Shown here: in pieces, positions 58,753 to 64,000 of the stretch | Layout: each line of letters opens with the position of its first letter | Numbering within the stretch: the first letter of the stretch is position 1 | Source of the DNA: Candidatus Krumholzibacteriota bacterium | GTDB lineage: Bacteria > Krumholzibacteriota > Krumholzibacteriia > JAJRXK01 | Assembly (NCBI GenBank): GCA_963764625.1 | Contig: CAVXTH010000006.1 | Span: forward strand, 256,001-320,000 | Length of the DNA: 64,000 bases | Reading direction: 5' to 3' | The notes under the pieces: generated by a model | The model's input: only the letters and a program-made list of their open reading frames with translations | Told to the model about the DNA's origin: nothing | Databases searched by the model: none | Translations under genes and position numbers: made by a program

Positions 58753-58788
58753 ACGGGGCCGCTCTTGCGCCGCGAAGAGCGGCCCCGT
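58753..58788 (+). terminator. Hairpin after hppA
   Basis: ACGGGGCCGCTCTT...AAGAGCGGCCCCGT, 14-bp perfect stem. Confidence 0.6.
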
Positions 58789-58811
58789 AAGCTCGTTGGT
58801 TCGCGGCACCA

Positions 58812-58856
58812 TCCCTGTCCGGCGTCGTTACGCCGGGCCGCTTGAGACCGAAGGGA
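58812..58856 (+). promoter_or_regulatory. S6:S18 ribosomal protein leader RNA
   Basis: TCCCT/AGGGA stem sequestering the SD, inner stem TCCGGCGT/ACGCCGGG, unpaired CCG immediately 5' of the SD. Confidence 0.7.
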
Positions 58857-58864
58857 GAAAATTC

Positions 58865-59230
58865 GTGCAGAAGTATGAATGCGTCGTCGTTCTCAGATCG
58901 GGACTTCCCGAGACGGACGCGAACGCGATCCTCGACCGCTTCGAGTCGAGTGTGAACAACCATGGTGGAGAAATCACGCTGAAGGATCCCTGGGGCACCA
59001 AGAAGCTGGCCTACGAGATCGAGAAGCAGACGATGGGGGACTACTACCTCTATCGCTTCACTGGCGACAACAGCCTCGTGAAGGAAGCCGATCGGGACTA
59101 TCGTCTCGACGACAGAGTCTTGCGCCATCTCATCGTGATCGACGAGGAGTGGGACGAGCGCAACCGCGTGGCGCTGGCCAAGCGAGCCGAGCAGCGCAGC
59201 CGAAACGAGGGGGTGTCCGATGGCCGCTAA
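58865..59230 (+). CDS. rpsF: 30S ribosomal protein S6
   Basis: [13 protein letters not shown], GxYY, VLRHLI. Confidence 0.94.
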   Translation: MQKYECVVVLRSGLPETDANAILDRFESSVNNHGGEITLKDPWGTKKLAYEIEKQTMGDYYLYRFTGDNSLVKEADRDYRLDDRVLRHLIVIDEEWDERNRVALAKRAEQRSRNEGVSDGR

Positions 59231-59480
59231 ACCGCGAGTAAAACGACGCGAACGAGATCGCTTCGGGCGGAAGAAGAAGTGTTACTTCACCGAGCATGGA
59301 TATGCTTGCATCGATTACAAGGACATCGAGCTCCTGAAGCGCTTCGTTACCGAACGTGGAAAGATTTCCCCCCGGCGAAACACGGGCACCAAAGCCAAGT
59401 ACCAGCGCATGCTCGCCACCGCGGTGAAGAGAGCGCGGCATTTGGCGCTCCTTCCTTACGTACGCGAGTACTACCGATAG
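59220..59480 (+). CDS. rpsR: 30S ribosomal protein S18
   Basis: [38 protein letters not shown]. Confidence 0.97.
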   Translation: MAAKPRVKRRERDRFGRKKKCYFTEHGYACIDYKDIELLKRFVTERGKISPRRNTGTKAKYQRMLATAVKRARHLALLPYVREYYR

Positions 59481-59489
59481 GGGGACACC

Positions 59490-59930
59490 ATGGATGTCAT
59501 TCTGCTTCATGACGTGCAAAAGCTCGGGCGCCGGGGCACCAAAGTCGGCGTCGCGCGCGGCTATGCGCGAAACTATCTGTTTCCCCGGGGTCTGGCCATC
59601 CAAGCCTCTCTCGCCAAAGAGAGGGAACTCGCGAATCAGCTCAAGGCGTTCGAATCGCGCGACGAGCTACATCGTGAGCAAGCCGGGACCCTCGCGGAAG
59701 CGATGAAGGGCGCCGCGATCACTATCCAGGCCGCTGCGGGCGAGGAGAACCTTTACGGCAGCGTCACGGCCTCCATGATCTCCTCGGCTTTGGCCGAAAT
59801 CGGTCACGAGGTCGAGGCCAAGCAAGTGCTGCTGGAGGAGCCGCTCAAGAAGTTGGGTACCTTCACCGTACCGGTCCGCGTGCATCGAGACATCGAAGTC
59901 GATGTCCAGCTCACCATCGAGCGAGCTTGA
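59490..59930 (+). CDS. rplI: 50S ribosomal protein L9
   Basis: VILLxDV.KLG, GYARNYLFP, LYGSV. Confidence 0.96.
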   Translation: MDVILLHDVQKLGRRGTKVGVARGYARNYLFPRGLAIQASLAKERELANQLKAFESRDELHREQAGTLAEAMKGAAITIQAAAGEENLYGSVTASMISSALAEIGHEVEAKQVLLEEPLKKLGTFTVPVRVHRDIEVDVQLTIERA

Positions 59931-61306
59931 TGCCAATGGGCCTGCCTTCGCACATCTTCCGCGAGTACGACATTCGGGGGGAGGTCGAACGCGATCTCAC
60001 CCCTGAGTTCGTGCAATGCCTGGGACGTGGGTTGGGTACGGCGTTTCGGCGTGCGGGAGCCACTCGCGTGGGTGTCGCCCGCGACGTGCGTCCCAGCGGA
60101 GAGTCGCTCTTCGAGTGGCTTGCGTTGGGTCTGCGAGAGGCCGGATGCGACGCGGTCGACTTCGGCGCCGCTCCCACCGGTGTCTTCTACCATGCCATCG
60201 CGACGGGAGATGAGCAGGCCGGGGTTTGCATCACCGGGAGTCACAACCCGCCCGAGTTCAACGGTTTCAAGATCGTGCTTGATGGTCGCAGCTTCTATGG
60301 CGAACAGATTCGCCAGCTGCTCGCCCTGATGGAGAAGGAAGATTTCGAAACCGGCGAGGGGAGTTTGGACAGCCGGGAAATCATCGAGCCCTATCTTCAG
60401 GACGCGGTTTCGCGGGTGAAGATCGAGCGACCCATTCGCTTCGCGTACGACTGCGGTAACGGCGCTGCCTCGCTGGTGGCTCCCGCCCTCTTCAAGCGTT
60501 TGAATCTCTCGCCCATCGGTCTTTTCGACCAGCCGGACGGCACCTTTCCCAACCATCACCCCGATCCCACGATGCCGGAGAACCTGGTCGATCTTCGGAA
60601 ATGTATTCTTGCCGAGGGACTCGAGCTGGGGATCGCCTACGACGGCGATGCCGATCGCATCGGGGTACTCGATGAAAAGGGCGAGGTGCTCTGGGGCGAT
60701 CGCCTGCTCATGCTCTACGGAAGGGACCTCTTGCAGCGTCATCCCGGTTCGGGAATCATTTTCGACGTGAAGTGCAGCCAGACGCTCATCGACGAGATTA
60801 CCGCGCGCGGGGGCAAGCCGATCCTCTGGAAGACGGGTCACTCTCTCATCAAGGAGAAGATGAGGGAGAGCGGGGCGCAGTTGGCGGGGGAGATGAGCGG
60901 ACACGTATTCTTCGCCGAGAATTGGTACGGATTCGACGACGCGTTGTTCGCGACTCTTCGACTGCTCGAGATCGTGAGCCGCAGTGAGGCTTCGCTGAGC
61001 AGCCACTTGGCCGATGTCCCGACTTTGATCGCTACCCCCGAAATCCGGGTCGACTGTCCGGACGAAGTGAAATTCGCGGTGGTGGACAAGGTGAAGAAAC
61101 ATTTCTCCCGCGATTACGAGGTCAACGACATCGACGGTGCGCGCGTGACCTTTTCCGACGGCTGGGGGCTGGTCCGCGCCAGCAATACGCAGCCCGCTCT
61201 CGTCCTCAGGGCCGAGGCGAGCAATGAGGCGCTCACGCGGAAGTATTTGAAGCGTCTCGAAGACGCGATTGCCCGCGCGCAAGACGAGCTGGTGCGCGAG
61301 AAATGA
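59930..61306 (+). CDS. Phosphomannomutase/phosphoglucomutase
   Basis: IFREYDIRG, TGSHNP, DGDADR, GEMSGH, LVRASNTQP. Confidence 0.96.
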   Translation: MPMGLPSHIFREYDIRGEVERDLTPEFVQCLGRGLGTAFRRAGATRVGVARDVRPSGESLFEWLALGLREAGCDAVDFGAAPTGVFYHAIATGDEQAGVCITGSHNPPEFNGFKIVLDGRSFYGEQIRQLLALMEKEDFETGEGSLDSREIIEPYLQDAVSRVKIERPIRFAYDCGNGAASLVAPALFKRLNLSPIGLFDQPDGTFPNHHPDPTMPENLVDLRKCILAEGLELGIAYDGDADRIGVLDEKGEVLWGDRLLMLYGRDLLQRHPGSGIIFDVKCSQTLIDEITARGGKPILWKTGHSLIKEKMRESGAQLAGEMSGHVFFAENWYGFDDALFATLRLLEIVSRSEASLSSHLADVPTLIATPEIRVDCPDEVKFAVVDKVKKHFSRDYEVNDIDGARVTFSDGWGLVRASNTQPALVLRAEASNEALTRKYLKRLEDAIARAQDELVREK

Positions 61307-62391
61307 GTGCTTCCTTCGAAGGACACGCGGTCGTTCTCGCAGGTGGCCGTGGCACCCGCTTCTGGCCGCTCTCGCGGCGAAGCAAACCGAAGCAGCTTCT
61401 CGATCTGACCGGAAGCGGGAGCCTGTTGGCTCTCACCCTGGATCGTCTCGAGCCCCTTGTGCCAGCCGAGCGCCAGTGGATTCTCACCAGCGAGGATCTA
61501 GCGGATGCGGTCAGCGAACAGGCGCCCAAGATTCCTGCCCAGCAGATCATCGCCGAGCCGGTGGGTCGCAACACCGCCTGCGCGGTGGCGCTCGCGGCAG
61601 CGCTGGTCAGGGAAAGGGCGGGCGATTCGCCCTTCGTGGTGTTGCCGAGCGATCATATCATCACCCCCGTCGCGGAGTTTCAGAGTGCCTTGAGCCGGGC
61701 CTTTAGGATCACCGCCCAGAACGACGTGTTGCTCACCTTCGGGGTCACTCCCACGCGACCCGAAACGGGGTACGGCTATATCGAGAAGGGAGAACCGCTA
61801 CCTTCGGCCGCCCCGGCCCTGCGCGTCGTCGCGTTCACCGAGAAGCCCGATTTGCCCACCGCCGAGGCCTATCTGGAGGGGGGGCGACATCTCTGGAATT
61901 CGGGGATCTTCGCCTGGCGCCCGTCGGTGGTACTGGAAGGTCTGGACCGAGAGCTTCCCGCGTTGAGCGAGGCAGCGCGACGATGCGCTGCGTCTGGCGC
62001 AGTGGGAACCTCCGGCTTTTCCGAGGCGTTGAAATCCACCTACGAGGCGGCTCCGTCGATCTCGATCGATTACGCTTTGATGGAGAAGGCGGAGAACGTA
62101 GTGGTCTTGCCCGCGAGTTTCGCCTGGAATGACGTGGGGCAGTGGGTGTCCATGCGCGAGCTATGGTCCCTCGATGCCCAGGGCAACTGCAGTCGAGGCG
62201 AGACGCTCGCGCTGCAAAGCGAGAATTGTGTAGTCTACGGCCCCGAACGTTTCACCGCGCTGTTGGGCGTGAAGGATATCATCGTGGTGCAGACGGAGGA
62301 CGCCACCTTGGTATGCGATGCCAAGCGATCACAAGACGTAAGACTCATCCTGGAAGCCCTCGAGCAAGAGGGCCGCAAGGATCTCCAGTAG
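61303..62391 (+). CDS. Mannose-1-phosphate guanylyltransferase
   Basis: LAGGRGTRFWPLSR..PKQ, EPVGRNTA, PSDH, ETGYGYI, EKP, WNSGIF, ISIDYA, WNDVG. Confidence 0.95.
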   Translation: MSASFEGHAVVLAGGRGTRFWPLSRRSKPKQLLDLTGSGSLLALTLDRLEPLVPAERQWILTSEDLADAVSEQAPKIPAQQIIAEPVGRNTACAVALAAALVRERAGDSPFVVLPSDHIITPVAEFQSALSRAFRITAQNDVLLTFGVTPTRPETGYGYIEKGEPLPSAAPALRVVAFTEKPDLPTAEAYLEGGRHLWNSGIFAWRPSVVLEGLDRELPALSEAARRCAASGAVGTSGFSEALKSTYEAAPSISIDYALMEKAENVVVLPASFAWNDVGQWVSMRELWSLDAQGNCSRGETLALQSENCVVYGPERFTALLGVKDIIVVQTEDATLVCDAKRSQDVRLILEALEQEGRKDLQ

Positions 62392-62426
62392 AGTAAGCAT
62401 TCATGTATGAGGCGGAGGTAGCCAGA

Positions 62427-63665
62427 ATGTCGCGAGGAATCCGTTGGTTCTTGGTTCTTGCGAGCGTGATTTCGCTCGCAGCCTGTCAGAAAGAAAAGGG
62501 CTCGGGTTCGGCCTCGGCCGAGAAGCCCGGGATCTCGACGAGCAAGGATTTCACGCAGGTCATTGCGAAAGTCGGTGATACCGAGATCACCCAAGGCGAT
62601 TTCGACCGGCGTTACAGCCAGCTCAGCGAGGGTGATCGCAAGGCATTCGAAGGCGATGATTGGCGGAAGCGCTTCCTCGATCAGATCATCGAGGAGACAG
62701 TGCTCTACAAGAAGGCTATCGACGAGCACTACGATCAGGATCCCAAGATCCAGGCGCAGCTGGATCTCCTGCGCCGCCAGGTGCTCATCAAGGCCTACAC
62801 GAATCAGATCTCGGCGAATTCCGTGCCCGACGACGAGACCATCCAGGCCTACTACGATGCGAACAAGGAGCAGTTCAGGACTCTCGACCGAGTCGTGGTC
62901 TCCCACATCAGCTGCAAAGACGAGCAGAAGATCGACAAGGCCTACGCGGAACTGACCACCGGGACCAACTGGGACATCGTTGCCGCCAAGTACAACGAGG
63001 ATCCGAATTCACTGTCGAATCACGGCTTGATTGGCTGGATCAATCCCACGGGGTTCGTCCTGGGAGTGGGACTCCAGCCGGAGTTCAACAAAATTGCTTT
63101 CTCGCTGGAGCGTCAGAAGTTCTCCAAACCAGTGCTGATCAACCGTCGCTGGGAGATCATTCGGGCGGGAAACAAGGTCAAGGGCGAAATTCCCTCCATC
63201 GATCAAGTAAAACCGCGCGTGATCGAGAAACTCCGTTCCGTCGTGCTACGAAAGAATTACAAGAAGACGGTCCGGGATCTCGAGCAAGAGTACTCGGTGG
63301 AACGATTCGGAAAGTACAAGACGGTTGCGGCGAACAGTGCCGAGGAACTCTATCGCCGTGCGGCGGAAGTTCACGATCCACAGACACGGATCGACTTCTA
63401 CAACCAGATCGCGAACAACTATCCCAACTCCGATCTCGCGGACAAAGCGCTGTTCACCGCTGGCTTCATCTACAGTGAGCAACTCAAGCGGGTCAATTTC
63501 GCGTTTGAGGAATTCCACCAGCTCCTCAGCAAGTATCCGAACAGCGAATACGCCGACGATGCCAAGTGGATGATCAAGAACCTGGGGAAAGCCAACCTGG
63601 AGAACAGCGAGAGCAGTTCTGCCGAGGAGATTCAGCAACAGATCAATTCTCGCCAGGGGAAGTAA
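62427..63665 (+). CDS. Lipoprotein foldase: PrsA/parvulin-type PPIase with C-terminal TPR
   Basis: Lipobox LAAC, VIAKVG..IT, SHI, G.IGW, YP.S..AD.A repeats. Confidence 0.8.
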   Translation: MSRGIRWFLVLASVISLAACQKEKGSGSASAEKPGISTSKDFTQVIAKVGDTEITQGDFDRRYSQLSEGDRKAFEGDDWRKRFLDQIIEETVLYKKAIDEHYDQDPKIQAQLDLLRRQVLIKAYTNQISANSVPDDETIQAYYDANKEQFRTLDRVVVSHISCKDEQKIDKAYAELTTGTNWDIVAAKYNEDPNSLSNHGLIGWINPTGFVLGVGLQPEFNKIAFSLERQKFSKPVLINRRWEIIRAGNKVKGEIPSIDQVKPRVIEKLRSVVLRKNYKKTVRDLEQEYSVERFGKYKTVAANSAEELYRRAAEVHDPQTRIDFYNQIANNYPNSDLADKALFTAGFIYSEQLKRVNFAFEEFHQLLSKYPNSEYADDAKWMIKNLGKANLENSESSSAEEIQQQINSRQGK

Positions 63666-63818
63666 ATCGCGGTTTTGTCGCGGGGTTGCGGGGAGCCGTG
63701 AGCGGTTGCTTTCACGGTGGAAGCGCCTATAGTGTGCTTTGAGGTCTTTCGGTTAGTCCTCGAACCCAGGCAAGGCCCATAGGAGGCCTATAGAAGGCCT
63801 AGTAGAAGGAGAGTGGAG

Positions 63819-64000
63819 ATGAACCGCCGATTCCGTGTTTCAGGGCCCACGATGCTCGTCCCCTTTCTCGCTCTTCTCATCTTCTTGACACTTTCGCTCT
63901 CTCTCCCCGGACGCTCGTTCGCCAGTCTGAGGGAGGCCAGTGGCTTGAAGTCGAAATCCTCCGATGCGCCCGCGGACAGTCTGAATGAGCGCCAAGGTCC
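63819..64000 (+). CDS. Exported protein, N-terminus only (runs off the window)
   Basis: GGAG RBS, ATG 63819, signal peptide MNRRFRVSGPTMLVPFLALLIFLTLSLSLPGRSFA. Confidence 0.6.
   Translation, partial: MNRRFRVSGPTMLVPFLALLIFLTLSLSLPGRSFASLREASGLKSKSSDAPADSLNERQG

Overview
High-GC bacterial chromosomal segment, mostly core genome. It holds murB, tonB-exbBD, mnmA, six tRNAs (all four tRNA-Ser, tRNA-Arg-ACG, tRNA-Ala-CGC), tadA, SRP RNA, dnaX-ybaB-recR-mglBA, pgpA-cinA-thpR-recA-recX, a lipid-linked glycosylation block, ispE-spoVG-prs-rplY-pth-hppA-rpsF-rpsR-rplI and manBC. The outer-membrane barrels, FlgD-Ig/T9SS-like C-terminal domain, recR-mglBA order and Hanks kinase suggest a diderm candidate-phylum organism near the FCB group (inference only). 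I saw no integrase, transposase, prophage or CRISPR array. Most notable: (1) a 56-aa histone-fold gene (13770-13940) hidden inside a longer ORF call, with its own promoter, RBS and terminator; (2) a 42-nt near-perfect duplicate of the ispE 3' end lying 47 kb away, antisense to the 5' UTR of an ECF-promoter-driven DUF5916 gene; (3) an orphan BMC-T shell gene that appears leaderless; (4) a DPPR-synthase/WcaJ glycosylation block translationally coupled to recA-recX; (5) several structured leaders. Three genes carry frameshifts that look like sequencing or assembly indels. All family assignments come from motif recognition by eye; no database search was run.
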